A stretch of 34,483 nt of DNA from a virus. Lineage: Duplodnaviria > Caudoviricetes. The DNA is taken from the IMG/VR virus record IMGVR_UViG_3300022917_000020, positions 1 to 34,483 of that record; one strand, given 5' to 3'. This document shows, piece by piece, positions 1-9,693 of the stretch. The position numbers and the translations under genes were made by a program. A model generated the notes under the pieces. It saw nothing but the letters and a program-made list of their open reading frames with translations. It made no database searches and had not been told where the DNA came from. How positions within the stretch are numbered: the stretch's first letter is position 1; each line of letters starts with the position of its first letter.

Positions 1-1
1 G

Positions 2-661
2 CACTATCTCGGCTGGGTTAGATGCTTGCACAACGCTTGGCGGGGCCTCGTACCCCGCGCTGCGGGCGGTTCCCAGCGGAGCTTTCACGCTCGGTTTGGC
101 GGCGCCTTCTACGACTGACGCCCCCTCGGCGGCTTTCGCGGCTCGGCCGATCGCCCCCAGCGGCAAAACAGTCGCTACGTCCTGGATGGCCTCGGATGCC
201 GCCGGGACGAACGTAGAGACTGCTGGTCCGGCGTTCGCCACGGCCTTGTCAATCGGTGCCGCAGCAGCTTCGAAAGGCGCTGCGATGACTGAGCCAACTT
301 TACGGATCGCGTTGGCGCCTGGGCTCTGGGCTTCGTAATTGAATACCGGAGCGCTCTCAACTGAACGTACGGTGTCCGCTGGTGTCGTCTGAGTATCGCC
401 GCCCGCCAGATTCACTGCACCGTGGACAAGTCCGGCGCCACCAGCGGCAATTTTCCCGGCGAGACGCGAAACACCTTGCGTCGCCAAGTCGGCCGCGCCG
501 TATCCCGGCGTGCTCCGAGTAAAGTCGCCGAGCGCTTGAAATACGCGATCGCGTATATCCGTGGAAGGTGCGGGCGTATGCGCCACCACCGCCCAAGGGT
601 CGGCCGCAGCGGGCGCCGAAGCGGTGAGCGGAGCGGAGCCAACAACGTCCCATTCGCCCAT
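2..661 (-). CDS. Large DNA ejection / internal virion protein, N-terminal part (runs off window edge)
   Basis: Absent from the ORF track because it is open at the edge. ATG at 661 overlaps the TAA of the upstream gene (TAATG). Reads MGEWDVVGSAPLTASAPAAADPWAVVAH... with no stop to position 2. Ala/Gly-rich and last in the ejection-protein cluster. Confidence 0.7.
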   Translation of the reverse strand, partial: MGEWDVVGSAPLTASAPAAADPWAVVAHTPAPSTDIRDRVFQALGDFTRSTPGYGAADLATQGVSRLAGKIAAGGAGLVHGAVNLAGGDTQTTPADTVRSVESAPVFNYEAQSPGANAIRKVGSVIAAPFEAAAAPIDKAVANAGPAVSTFVPAASEAIQDVATVLPLGAIGRAAKAAEGASVVEGAAKPSVKAPLGTARSAGYEAPPSVVQASNPAEIV

Positions 662-2088
662 TACTGCACCTGGACGGGCTGGCCGCCTTGTAGAGTCCAC
701 TTCTGGCCATTACCGAACGTAGTAACGTGGCCCTCTTGGAGTTGCGCCAAGGCAGCGGGCGGCGGTCCAGACGCCGGGGCGCCGACAGGGGCGGGCGCCC
801 CAGTTGCACCCGACGCCCCGGCCCCTGAAGAGATACCGAAGAAAGACTTGGCCTTGTCGCCAATCGTGGGCGCGGGGTGCGCTTGGCTCAATGCTGTCTG
901 CACATCTTCCACAGTGAAAGGAATTGCGGCCTTGATCGTCTGAAGATTGCGCTGCAACGCGGCCTTCTGCAAGTTGCTGAGAGAAGCGCTGTCCTCCCAC
1001 GCCTGCAAGCCGTTCTCCAATATTTGTCGGGCTTCGGCCAGCTTCAAGAAGCGAGCACCGACGGTATTGCCGGGCAATGCTTTAATGCGGCTCATTGCTT
1101 CCACGTAGGTCTGATTCGGTGCCCGGCCAGAGTTATCGACGACCGCCAGATTCTGCTCCAAACCCGACATAATCGTGTTTAGGTTCTGGTCCTCTTCCGG
1201 TGTCACTGCGGTCAATGCGTTCCGAGTGAGGGCCTCAATCGGCGTATGCCCGTTCTTCAAGTCGGAGAACAGCCCCACAGTGGACGTGCTCGGCTGGCGC
1301 ATGACGTTGGCCAGTGCCGTCGCACCCTGCAAGCCGCCGTTCATGGAATTCTGGAAGTAACGTGCAGCCACCGCACCCATCGGCTGTGGTGAGTTGATAT
1401 CCTTGGCCCCGCCAGTCAGCGGAACCAACTTCGGGTTGCCGTTCTCGTCGAAAACTTGGTCGCCGTTCTCGTCCCGTACGATGCCGTAGTTTGAAGGGAT
1501 CTTAATTCCGCCTGGGCCGCCCGCTTGCGGCCGGAAACCGCCCGCAGCCGCCTGTGTGTCGTGTAGCTTGGCTGTGGCCTGTGCAGCGCCGGTCTGTGCC
1601 CCCAGCAAATCAACATGACCCTGTGTGAGGGACTGCCCCAATGGAGTCTGTTGTACCGTCTGATCGGGATGCAACGAGTTGGTGTAGGTCTGGTCTGCAC
1701 CTTCGTGAATGAGGCCCGGCTTACCCTGTGCCACTAAATGCCGTGCGACAATCGCGTCCGGCGTCTCGGGATTTACAATCTGGGCATAACTGTTATTCCG
1801 CTGGTTCTCGCCAACGGATTTGGCCAACATCTCCAGCGGAATTTCACCCTGCGCGGCGGCAGCGAGCACAGCGCCGAGCTTGCCCGAATCCTGTGTCCCG
1901 GACGCTAGATCCGGAGCCACGTTGGCGAAATTCTGCCGGGCCTGCAACTTCTGCTGGCGCAACTGCGCCTCAGCGACGGCGTTCTGCGTATTCGCGCCGA
2001 GCTGCTGTCCCTGAGCTTCCGCAATTTCTGCAGGCAGCACACCGCCCCCTGTCAGGGCCGCGCCGAGTTGTGCGAATCCGTTAGCCAT
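661..2088 (-). CDS. Internal virion / DNA ejection protein (475 aa)
   Basis: Gln/Ala/Gly-rich, predicted helical. Positioned after the nozzle and GNAT genes as in P22/T7-like podoviruses. TAATG coupling at both ends. Confidence 0.65.
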   Translation of the reverse strand: MANGFAQLGAALTGGGVLPAEIAEAQGQQLGANTQNAVAEAQLRQQKLQARQNFANVAPDLASGTQDSGKLGAVLAAAAQGEIPLEMLAKSVGENQRNNSYAQIVNPETPDAIVARHLVAQGKPGLIHEGADQTYTNSLHPDQTVQQTPLGQSLTQGHVDLLGAQTGAAQATAKLHDTQAAAGGFRPQAGGPGGIKIPSNYGIVRDENGDQVFDENGNPKLVPLTGGAKDINSPQPMGAVAARYFQNSMNGGLQGATALANVMRQPSTSTVGLFSDLKNGHTPIEALTRNALTAVTPEEDQNLNTIMSGLEQNLAVVDNSGRAPNQTYVEAMSRIKALPGNTVGARFLKLAEARQILENGLQAWEDSASLSNLQKAALQRNLQTIKAAIPFTVEDVQTALSQAHPAPTIGDKAKSFFGISSGAGASGATGAPAPVGAPASGPPPAALAQLQEGHVTTFGNGQKWTLQGGQPVQVQ

Positions 2089-2780
2089 TACGCATTCATC
2101 CCGAGACTCGCGCCGAGTCCGTTGTCCGCCATTATGCCAGCTCCGCCGCTCGTTGCCGCCTTCTTTTTACCGCCTCCAGACGCAAGCCCAGATCCGGCGC
2201 CGCTGATGAACTGCCCGGCGGCGTTCAGCCACGGGTTAGCCGTTATCGCCTGCTCGCGGAGCTTGGCCAAGTTCGCCTGTCGATTTGACGTATCGTTGAT
2301 CAGCCCAAGCTGTGTGGCGGCGTCGCCGAGCCCCTCCTGAGTCTGAAGCTGCGTGAGCTGCGGCGCGTCGATCGCGGCAGTCTGGCCCGCCAATGTGCGA
2401 CCGAATTGCACGTTGTCCTTCTGAGCGCTGGCAGCGGCGTCCGCATACGCCTTGCTGGCACCGGCCACCGCCGGGGTAGAGCTGTTCTGCACCGGCGCGG
2501 CTCGGCGCAGCGCGTCGAGATATTGCGCTTGTTGCTTCTGCTGGTTCTGCTGCAGATTGGCTTGCTGCTCGGTCGCATTCTTCTGGATCGTCTGCCGCAC
2601 AACATCCTGTGCTTGATTCTGGATTTGACCCTGCTGGCGGATACTGTCGGCCGCGATGCGGTCCTGCTTTCGCAGCGCCTGATTCTGGGCGTACCCCTGC
2701 ACGCCAGCGCCAACGGCCGCAGCGGTACCTGCCGCGAGGGCTGCATATGCCGAACCGCTACCGACTACTGCGCCAGTCAT
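2088..2780 (-). CDS. Ejection (pilot) protein, P22 gp7-like by position and composition
   Basis: Hydrophobic Gly/Ala N-terminus (AALAAGTAAAVGAGVQGY), Gln-rich coiled coil, Gly-rich C-terminus. Confidence 0.6.
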   Translation of the reverse strand: MTGAVVGSGSAYAALAAGTAAAVGAGVQGYAQNQALRKQDRIAADSIRQQGQIQNQAQDVVRQTIQKNATEQQANLQQNQQKQQAQYLDALRRAAPVQNSSTPAVAGASKAYADAAASAQKDNVQFGRTLAGQTAAIDAPQLTQLQTQEGLGDAATQLGLINDTSNRQANLAKLREQAITANPWLNAAGQFISGAGSGLASGGGKKKAATSGGAGIMADNGLGASLGMNA

Positions 2781-3259
2781 ACCGCCGCCTCCAATCTCCG
2801 ATTTACGACAGACTCACCAATGCGAAACATATCATCTGCCGGTAGGAATATGTCAGCTTCCAGGGCGTCGATGTTCCGTGAGTTCGTCGGGTTCGGGTGA
2901 TATGTCGAACCCCAAGTGTCGTCGAGCGCCTCGAAAACGGTCTGGAAATACGGCACTGTCATAAGCTCGTGCGGAGCCTCCAGCTCGACCGAAACAGCCT
3001 CTTGAGCAGTTGTGCACGTAATAAGTCGCACGCGTCCGGCGTCGAGCGTCACCTTATGTCCATAGCGATGCGCGCGGCCGATGAAAAACATTCCTTTGGG
3101 GACGAAAATTTCGCGGATGTAAACGCCGGGTTCGAAGCGGTGTGATGTCATAAACTGAGTCTCGCCGCCATTATCCCGGAATATGACAGATAGGTAGCCG
3201 AGCTTTTCCACCCAGGTAAGCTCAGTCCGCTTGAAAACTTCTGCTAGTGCCGTGTTCAA
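2777..3259 (-). CDS. Cupin-like phage protein (160 aa)
   Basis: HRFEPGVYIREIFVPKGMFFIGRAHRYGH resembles a cupin beta-barrel motif recurrent in podovirus tail modules. ATGA overlaps with both neighbours. Confidence 0.55.
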   Translation of the reverse strand: MNTALAEVFKRTELTWVEKLGYLSVIFRDNGGETQFMTSHRFEPGVYIREIFVPKGMFFIGRAHRYGHKVTLDAGRVRLITCTTAQEAVSVELEAPHELMTVPYFQTVFEALDDTWGSTYHPNPTNSRNIDALEADIFLPADDMFRIGESVVNRRLEAAV

Positions 3260-3906
3260 TTCGTACCTCCCAGGCTGCCGCCAATGGACGCGCCGCCGCC
3301 CATACCGCCGCCTACTGGGCCGCCGTAGAGAGCTGCGCGCGCCGATCCGGCGTAGATTCCGCGCCGCAACGCTGCGGCAGTATTCATGTTCGTATAGTTC
3401 GTCGCCACGTCGCCGAAGACGTTACCAAGGGTCTGGGCGGCGTTGGCGTTCGTCGCATTGCCGATATTCGCCCGCAGCCCGTTGGCCGTCTGTGTCGCCG
3501 CGTCGCCAATGTCACCGCCGCCCTGGGCCAGGGAGATCATCTGCTGCCGAGTGGCCTCATCGGATGCCTGGAGCTTGGCGGTAGCTCCTTGAACCTGCTG
3601 CTGGGCGTTGACGGTGCCTCGCTGCATATCCTGGCTAAGAAGCTTCCCGGCGTCGACCGCAGCACTGCCTCCAGTGAGACCGGACCGGGCCAAAGCGAAC
3701 TTGTTATTGCGGCCTGCAATAGCCTGCTGACGATTGAGTTCAGTTTCATACTGTCCCTGCAGCGCCTTTGCGTAGTCGGCATACTGACCGCCGCGATTCT
3801 TGAACGCGGAATTGATCTGCGTGACATTGGACGCAATCTGCGCAGCCCGTTGTGCTTCCTGAGCCTGAGCGGCTTTGCTCGCATCGTTCGGGCTGCCAAA
3901 ACACAT
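3256..3906 (-). CDS. Internal virion protein (216 aa)
   Basis: MCFGS N-terminus typical of small podoviral ejection proteins; Ala/Gln-rich helix; Gly-rich tail. Confidence 0.6.
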   Translation of the reverse strand: MCFGSPNDASKAAQAQEAQRAAQIASNVTQINSAFKNRGGQYADYAKALQGQYETELNRQQAIAGRNNKFALARSGLTGGSAAVDAGKLLSQDMQRGTVNAQQQVQGATAKLQASDEATRQQMISLAQGGGDIGDAATQTANGLRANIGNATNANAAQTLGNVFGDVATNYTNMNTAAALRRGIYAGSARAALYGGPVGGGMGGGASIGGSLGGTN

Positions 3907-4394
3907 TATGTCTTTTCCCCAGTGTAGCTGTAGACGAAAAACTCATTCCGGGGCGTTGTGCCGTATCCGAAACTGCCAGTTTTCTCAAAGCCCAGTTTGA
4001 CATACCACTTCTGCGCAAGCAATCTCCGTGCCAAAGTCACGACCTCGAACCGCTCGGCGTTCAATTCTTTGAAGGTCTCCACCATGGCGTGGCCGACGTT
4101 CTGGGTAATCTCCTTGCCGAACTGCCGAAAGGCATCCTCAAGCGTGAACATCCAAAGCGTATACTCAGCCGGAACGTGCTGGACTGGCGCTGCACCGAAC
4201 ACAGCAATAGGCTGGAGCGTCTCCGTCTCACATAACGTGAGGCGCGGGCCGCCCAGATCCCACACGGTAAACGCGAACTCGCTCGGGTCCAGTGAGTGGC
4301 CGAGCGCGGTAATCTGATCTTTCTCGTCCGGGCACAGACCGCCGTGGACGGTGAGAAGGTCGAGCATGGTGCAATGGCGAAGAGACAGTTTCAT
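3906..4394 (-). CDS. GNAT-fold acetyltransferase-like virion assembly protein (T7 gp13 / P22 gp14 analogue)
   Basis: Start placed at the ATG at 4394 (ATGA overlap with the nozzle stop). C-terminal AQKWYVKLGFEKTG is a GNAT motif-B-like signature. Canonical position right after the nozzle gene. Confidence 0.65.
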   Translation of the reverse strand: MKLSLRHCTMLDLLTVHGGLCPDEKDQITALGHSLDPSEFAFTVWDLGGPRLTLCETETLQPIAVFGAAPVQHVPAEYTLWMFTLEDAFRQFGKEITQNVGHAMVETFKELNAERFEVVTLARRLLAQKWYVKLGFEKTGSFGYGTTPRNEFFVYSYTGEKT

Positions 4395-7012
4395 GTGGAG
4401 GGTACCTGCGACACGTACATATTTGCGGCCTCCCACTCCCACGCCTGCCCCGCGCTGAACAATAAGTTTAACTGGTAGCTCGGCGCTGAGAGCGGGAACG
4501 GGATCATACCAACCCCGGGCAGCGTATCGCCAGATATCGTAAAAGCCGGTGTCGTGGTCGCGAAGTTGGTTTGGTCAAATCCGATGGTTATGGTAACTTC
4601 ACCCGTGCAGACGACGTCCACTCCCTCCAGGTCTTTGATGCCGCCCAGCACGCCATAGTCCAGGAACGGCCAGGAAATCAGGCCGGTGAAGTTGACATGT
4701 GTGTTGACGTCGACAATGTCGTCGTACAGGGCATCTTCGCTGAACTCCCAAATATGTCCGGCTTCCGTCCGGATGAACAGTGTGCCGTCCATCACAGTCC
4801 AGTCGATTAGGTTTTCGGGGAATATGTATCGTGACCAGCTCATATCCGACGAGCCGCCGTTGAGCGTGAGCACGAACGCTTGCGGGCCGAAAAAGCACAT
4901 ATACTGTCCGCTTCCGGGGTAGAACAACCCACGCGGCTCAGCGCCGGTCTTAATTGCATCCTTCACCAAGGGGTCGACTTGCTTGCCGAACTGACCGGCC
5001 TGGATATTTGTGCTGGCGCCCGCGATACCGAGCGACCTAATTCCAACCGCAGTCAGCAAAACAAAGTCATTTTGCACCGGCTGTCCGGCTTTTGCATAAG
5101 TCGACGGTACGGGTGAGGCGTCGAGCAACGCCATGTTGGCCGGGTCTTCGTCGACCTGCCACACCTGATAGCCCAGCGCATTGAACGCCGCGAGATTTGA
5201 CCGATAAAGGCCGAGCATGGCACACGGCTGCGAGCCGTAGGTCTGCAGGCCGAACGGCAAGAAGCCTGCATCGTTCTCACTGGTCCAATCCAGGCAGTTG
5301 GTTGTCGCGCAAAACCGGATTATGTCATTGTCAGCGGCGAACACTTTGCTGGCGGCGATTGCTACGATTTTACTATGTGGAGCTTCCGGCACACTCCGAT
5401 CGGCTGCAGTCCACGTCATGTTGCCGTCCGCCACGGTACCGCCGATCGCGGTTGGCCAGATCGGTTCGCTGCTGCCCGATTTCATAATGGGTAGCGCCTC
5501 CCACGTAATAATCGACGTTCCTACCGCCTTCCACGTGACGGTGTTATCAACAACAGTGGCGCCGTCGACTGTCGGCCAAGTCGGCTCGGTGCTGCCGGAT
5601 GTTCCGACGCTGGTCTGCACCGCTTCAAACATAAACTCACTGACTGCAATCGGCGTCTCCAGATTCCACGAAAGGAGGTCGGCATACCCGAACCCCGACG
5701 GGTTTGTGCCAGTGGTAAACACTATCTCGGCTTTGACCTTCGTGGCGTTGGCAGGGGCATTGCCTGTAACGCTCGCCTCCCGATAGCCCGACCCCTGCTG
5801 AATGGCCCCTTGCGTTCGCGTGATCAATGTCGATCCGCTGTCATACCATGCAAGATTGAGGCGAATGCCCAAGTCGGCGCCGCTATTGTTCGGGTTAACC
5901 TGACACTTCGCCGTCACGCTTTGCCCGGCAATCACTGTCCCAAACGTCTGCATGCTTGCAGTGCTGGTCTGATGATTCAAGGTCGCCTGCATGACGTGCG
6001 TACCCTGATAAGCGTGCGTGGGGTCAATGATGATGGATACGTTCGGCGACCCAGGCGGGCTCGACGAATAGTCAAATCCCGTATCACCGGACTCGAAGTC
6101 GCCGTTAGGGATCGCGTCTACAAACGCCCCTTGACTCGTGCTTGGTCGTACGACCGCGCCCGGTTGGTACAGAGCGCCGGATTGCCACACCGCGACCGGT
6201 GCCGAAATGTTGGCTGTCGGAGTGTTAGTAGTCGTCGTGCTGGTGTCGATCGTCGACGCAAACACGCCCGCGTTGCCGTATCGGTCAGTGATTGTTTTCC
6301 CAGGGGTTGGCGCAGTGGCGCTCGACGCCGAAGCGCCGGTCGTTATGTCGAAATCACCGAACTCCTGAATCTGGGCGTTCTCGTCCGTGGGCCAGACTGG
6401 TTCTGTAGTGCCGGTGTGCGCGGTCCCCGCGACCGCCAGGGCTTTATACATAAAGCCGTTGTACACAGTCGGCTCGATAAGGTCGTTTACTGCGATCGTG
6501 ATATTTGGCTGCCAAACCGGGTTAGGTGCAACCAACCGCGTCGCAGCGTACGCCAAGCCATTCGGCGTAGTGGGCAAAATGAAGTTACCGTTAAATTGGA
6601 TGGTATCTGCGGTCCATGAGCCTGAATTTTGCAGCCAGAAATGCTGCACGGATTCTTGGTCCGTGTCGAACTCCGCCACCACGTACAGGAACCCCATGTA
6701 AGGTGCGGCGAAATGAATGCGTAGCAAAGCTGACAGGGGGTCGGCCGGGTTAATGAGGATGTTATTCACATATCCGGCAGGCACCGCTTGAATTCCACCG
6801 CTGAATACGTGGAACTCATCCCCGAAGGCAGTCAAGCCTTTTGTGCCGACAGATGTAGCACGGCGGAACGTACCCGGCCGCACCTTGACTGTTTTCCCTG
6901 CCGTAATGTAGGCATTTGTCAAATCGTAGAGTGAAGAGCGCAGCGCAGCACCCTTGTTGCGCAAGCGCGTGATACCGCCCTGAACTACGGTAAGTGGAAC
7001 AGGCGAACTCAT
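4391..7012 (-). CDS. Tail nozzle / tubular protein B-like (P22 gp10-type) with inserted carbohydrate-binding-like modules (873 aa)
   Basis: N-terminus (GGITRLRNKG...YDLTNAYIT...VRPG) and beta-propeller-like C-terminus (IIRFCAT...DWT, WSRY) fit podoviral nozzle proteins. Central W...EPxWPT repeats and an IPNGDFESG CBM-like domain. Confidence 0.7.
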   Translation of the reverse strand: MSSPVPLTVVQGGITRLRNKGAALRSSLYDLTNAYITAGKTVKVRPGTFRRATSVGTKGLTAFGDEFHVFSGGIQAVPAGYVNNILINPADPLSALLRIHFAAPYMGFLYVVAEFDTDQESVQHFWLQNSGSWTADTIQFNGNFILPTTPNGLAYAATRLVAPNPVWQPNITIAVNDLIEPTVYNGFMYKALAVAGTAHTGTTEPVWPTDENAQIQEFGDFDITTGASASSATAPTPGKTITDRYGNAGVFASTIDTSTTTTNTPTANISAPVAVWQSGALYQPGAVVRPSTSQGAFVDAIPNGDFESGDTGFDYSSSPPGSPNVSIIIDPTHAYQGTHVMQATLNHQTSTASMQTFGTVIAGQSVTAKCQVNPNNSGADLGIRLNLAWYDSGSTLITRTQGAIQQGSGYREASVTGNAPANATKVKAEIVFTTGTNPSGFGYADLLSWNLETPIAVSEFMFEAVQTSVGTSGSTEPTWPTVDGATVVDNTVTWKAVGTSIITWEALPIMKSGSSEPIWPTAIGGTVADGNMTWTAADRSVPEAPHSKIVAIAASKVFAADNDIIRFCATTNCLDWTSENDAGFLPFGLQTYGSQPCAMLGLYRSNLAAFNALGYQVWQVDEDPANMALLDASPVPSTYAKAGQPVQNDFVLLTAVGIRSLGIAGASTNIQAGQFGKQVDPLVKDAIKTGAEPRGLFYPGSGQYMCFFGPQAFVLTLNGGSSDMSWSRYIFPENLIDWTVMDGTLFIRTEAGHIWEFSEDALYDDIVDVNTHVNFTGLISWPFLDYGVLGGIKDLEGVDVVCTGEVTITIGFDQTNFATTTPAFTISGDTLPGVGMIPFPLSAPSYQLNLLFSAGQAWEWEAANMYVSQVPST

Positions 7013-8400
7013 GCCGGTTCACTTCCAAGTGGCAGGAAGCGCGGCGGAGTTGCCGGATTTGTAACAACAGTGCGGGGGACGTATCGGTATGTCCCATGCT
7101 TCCGGGCCGTCAAATCCTGAATGCGGGCAGTCGCTTGGCCCATCGCCGCGTCAGCTCCGGGCTTACCTTTTCGGGTCAGCCAATTGGCCGTGGCGAACAA
7201 CAGCACCGCCTCGTCGTCAATCGTCGGCCGATCGGAGTCCGCCGAGAACGGCGCCAATGTTATGTCAGCTTTCACCCACAGTGTGTACGCCGCTTGCGGC
7301 GCCGGGAAAATCTCAATGCACGAGCGAATTTCGTAGCGAGACGGCCAGCCGAAATTGATGTTGGCCCGGGTGTAGTGTACCGGGTCGATCCCTTCAACAA
7401 GCCGATACCACGCCCGATTTAGGTCTTCGAACCCTACCCACTTGATTGCCAAGGGGTCCATGAACAAATCGCAGTCTCCCTCAGAATCGCTGATTCCGTA
7501 GTACCGCTGGCCGGGGTCCATGGTCCAGCGGAAAAAACGGGTCGTTCGCTGCGGGAAGTACTTTTTGTAAAGCTGCTTCTGTGCGCTGCGCAGGTACTCG
7601 TTAAATTCCGTCGCCTGCCCTGTCGGAAGGTTTGCGGACATGGCCGCATACCCGCATTGAATGGCCATCTGGGTGCGCAGCGTCGCAAGCGTGTCGTAAG
7701 TGGACACCAACTCGCAGTCGCAGTTAAAGGCCTCGATCAAATCGCCGGTTGTTACCGTCTGCTCGTTAGAAAGTACGTCGTTCTCTTCCACCAAGTGCAT
7801 GTGAATTTGATAGGTGAACAGCGTGTTGGGTGTGAGCGTCTGATCCGAATAGCTCAACGTCCCCGCATCCAAGTCGTTGGCAATCAGCTCCCCATCTCGG
7901 TAAACTGCGTAGCCTTCAACGATACTGGAGCCTAGACTGGATGGAGCCCATTCAAGCAAAACACCGGTTCCGTCTATCACGGTCGGAGTAGCGAGAGTTA
8001 CGGTTGGCATGTCTGCACGCTCAAAAGTGAAAGTGTACTGGACCCCGTCGGTCAGGTAGGCGCTGAATGCTCCGCCCAGCAGCCATCCCCACAGAGTATG
8101 GCCGGTATTCTGCGAATAGTTGGCGTCGGCCGCATTTAAAACATGGGTGACAGCGTTTTTGTCCGTAAACGTGACAGACGTGAAAAAATTCTGCGATCGA
8201 AGCGAATCGACGTCAACGATCAGCGTCCCAAGCGGAGAAATGTTCTCCATGTTGAGTCCGGCCACTGTCGCCTCAAACAGGGCGGTTGTGTCAATCGTGC
8301 CGAAGTTGTCGCCGCCTGTATTTATACCGTTCAGTGCATACCCTTGCGCGGCATGACTGGCGGCCGTGGCGGCGGTAACTTTTAAGACCGCCGTGCTCAC
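7009..8400 (-). CDS. Head-tail adaptor (tubular protein A-like) with N-terminal extension and FN3 domain (463 aa)
   Basis: C-terminal half (TLATLRTQMA...GWPSRYEIRSCIEIFPAPQAAYTLWV...DDEAVLLFA) is adaptor-like. VLLEW...GYAVYRDGELI...SYSDQTLTPNTLFTYQI is a fibronectin type III pattern. Confidence 0.65.
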   Translation of the reverse strand: MSTAVLKVTAATAASHAAQGYALNGINTGGDNFGTIDTTALFEATVAGLNMENISPLGTLIVDVDSLRSQNFFTSVTFTDKNAVTHVLNAADANYSQNTGHTLWGWLLGGAFSAYLTDGVQYTFTFERADMPTVTLATPTVIDGTGVLLEWAPSSLGSSIVEGYAVYRDGELIANDLDAGTLSYSDQTLTPNTLFTYQIHMHLVEENDVLSNEQTVTTGDLIEAFNCDCELVSTYDTLATLRTQMAIQCGYAAMSANLPTGQATEFNEYLRSAQKQLYKKYFPQRTTRFFRWTMDPGQRYYGISDSEGDCDLFMDPLAIKWVGFEDLNRAWYRLVEGIDPVHYTRANINFGWPSRYEIRSCIEIFPAPQAAYTLWVKADITLAPFSADSDRPTIDDEAVLLFATANWLTRKGKPGADAAMGQATARIQDLTARKHGTYRYVPRTVVTNPATPPRFLPLGSEPA

Positions 8401-8597
8401 TTACCCACCAGAGTTTGGCCGAGCTTCTTGCGAGCGGCGGCCTTGATCTCGGCCTCTTTCGATGCCGAGATGTTGCCCGCATTGAACGAGCGGGTGGCCC
8501 CGCCAATCGCCAGACGGGCGTGCTTCTTGTCGCCGATAGGAAAGCCTTTCTTCCCTTTCGGTCCGCCGCCGACAAATGGGCCGGGCCTGTCGCTCAT
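8397..8597 (-). CDS. Small basic conserved phage protein (FPIxDKxHARxA motif, DUF6582-like)
   Basis: GGAG RBS. FPIGDKKHARLAIG...EIKAAARKKL matches a motif I recognise from small phage head-region proteins. Confidence 0.55.
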   Translation of the reverse strand: MSDRPGPFVGGGPKGKKGFPIGDKKHARLAIGGATRSFNAGNISASKEAEIKAAARKKLGQTLVGK

Positions 8598-8608
8598 GTC
8601 AGTCTCCG

Positions 8609-8637
8609 AAAAAGTGCCCGGGCACTAGAACCCGGGC
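8609..8637 (-). terminator. Putative intrinsic terminator overlapping an operator-like palindrome
   Basis: On the minus strand: GCCCGGG-8 nt-CCCGGGC followed by ACTTTTT. Confidence 0.5.
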
Positions 8638-8660
8638 GAACACTCACCCACCACAGAAAA

Positions 8661-9017
8661 CTATGCCAGCGCTCCGAGAAGATCGTCACCGGTCTCAGGT
8701 GCGTCTTCCGTAGTCGCGGCTGCAATCTCACGCCGTAGAGCTGCCACGCCGACCGCATGCTGTCCGTAAACCGCAGCAACAAATGGGATACCCTTTGAGC
8801 CGTCGTCGTTCTCCGACCGGCCGTAGCGGGCCTCCAGGCGGCCGTACTCGTCGGCAGCTTCTGGCGGAGCGCGGTTGACGACAATCTCGCCGAGAACTTC
8901 GACCGCTGTGTGAACGGCTTCGAGAATCGGCACTTCCCAGGCTGCGAAGTTGTCCACGACTTGGTGGATGTTGCCCTCGCCCCGGTGAACTCGAACTTTG
9001 ACAAACTTGATAGCCAT
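8661..9017 (-). CDS. Hypothetical virion-module protein (118 aa)
   Basis: AGGA RBS, natural-looking sequence, between decoration-like and adaptor genes. Confidence 0.6.
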   Translation of the reverse strand: MAIKFVKVRVHRGEGNIHQVVDNFAAWEVPILEAVHTAVEVLGEIVVNRAPPEAADEYGRLEARYGRSENDDGSKGIPFVAAVYGQHAVGVAALRREIAAATTEDAPETGDDLLGALA

Positions 9018-9038
9018 GATTTTTATCCTGTGTGGTTG

Positions 9039-9077
9039 AGAAAGAAGCGGGCGGCCTCCACCGGAGTTACCGCCCGC
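9039..9077 (-). terminator. Intrinsic terminator after capsid/decoration genes
   Basis: Minus strand: GCGGGCGGT-AA-CTCC-GGT-GGAG-GCCGCCCGC followed by TTCTTTCT. Confidence 0.7.
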
Positions 9078-9092
9078 CGTGTCGACATCGTA

Positions 9093-9632
9093 CTACGAAG
9101 CGGTTGCCTCCACGTAGTTGACAGTCACTACGTCGGCCGCGCCGCTGGTGATCGCCAAGCCAACGGCCTGGATGGTGTTGTCGGTAACCAAGCCCGTGCC
9201 GATGGCGGCTACGCTCTGGTTGGAGAAGCCAACCGCCGCGCCCGCATTGCTGGACTGTTCCAACTTGCCGAAGACGACGCCCGTAGTGGGGTCGGCCTTC
9301 TGCACGACAACCTCGATCTCTACGAACGCGGAGCCAATCGCAGCGGTTTCCGCCACGGTGCCCGTCAACGTCAGAGCCGTTGCCGCGCCGCCCGTGGTGC
9401 CGGTCGCTACAGTCTGTGAAGTGTTCGTCTTCACGAGGAATGCAGTGTTGCCGGTACCGGCCGCTGTCTTGGTCATGGAGACGCGCCACCGGAACTTGTC
9501 GCCAACCGCCAAGGGTTTGGTCAACACGATCGAGGAGCCCGTCAGAATGGTCTCGGTCGCCGCAGCCGGGAGCTGTGCAGGAACAGCGCGGTTTGCGATC
9601 GACTCGTTTACGCCTGGGAGTAGAACTGGCAT
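9093..9632 (-). CDS. Capsid decoration / cement-like protein (179 aa)
   Basis: Directly follows the MCP. Thr/Ala/Val-rich beta-sandwich-like composition. GAAAGGA RBS favours the ATG at 9632. Confidence 0.55.
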   Translation of the reverse strand: MPVLLPGVNESIANRAVPAQLPAAATETILTGSSIVLTKPLAVGDKFRWRVSMTKTAAGTGNTAFLVKTNTSQTVATGTTGGAATALTLTGTVAETAAIGSAFVEIEVVVQKADPTTGVVFGKLEQSSNAGAAVGFSNQSVAAIGTGLVTDNTIQAVGLAITSGAADVVTVNYVEATAS

Positions 9633-9652
9633 GGTCAATTTCCTTTCAATTT

Positions 9653-9672
9653 GGCACCCCTTGCGGGGTGCC
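9653..9672 (-). promoter_or_regulatory. GNRA-loop hairpin between MCP and decoration gene
   Basis: GGCACCCC-GCAA-GGGGTGCC with no good U-tract; an mRNA stabiliser or partial terminator. Confidence 0.5.
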
Positions 9673-9693
9673 GTTGGTTGCTGATGGTACGGA

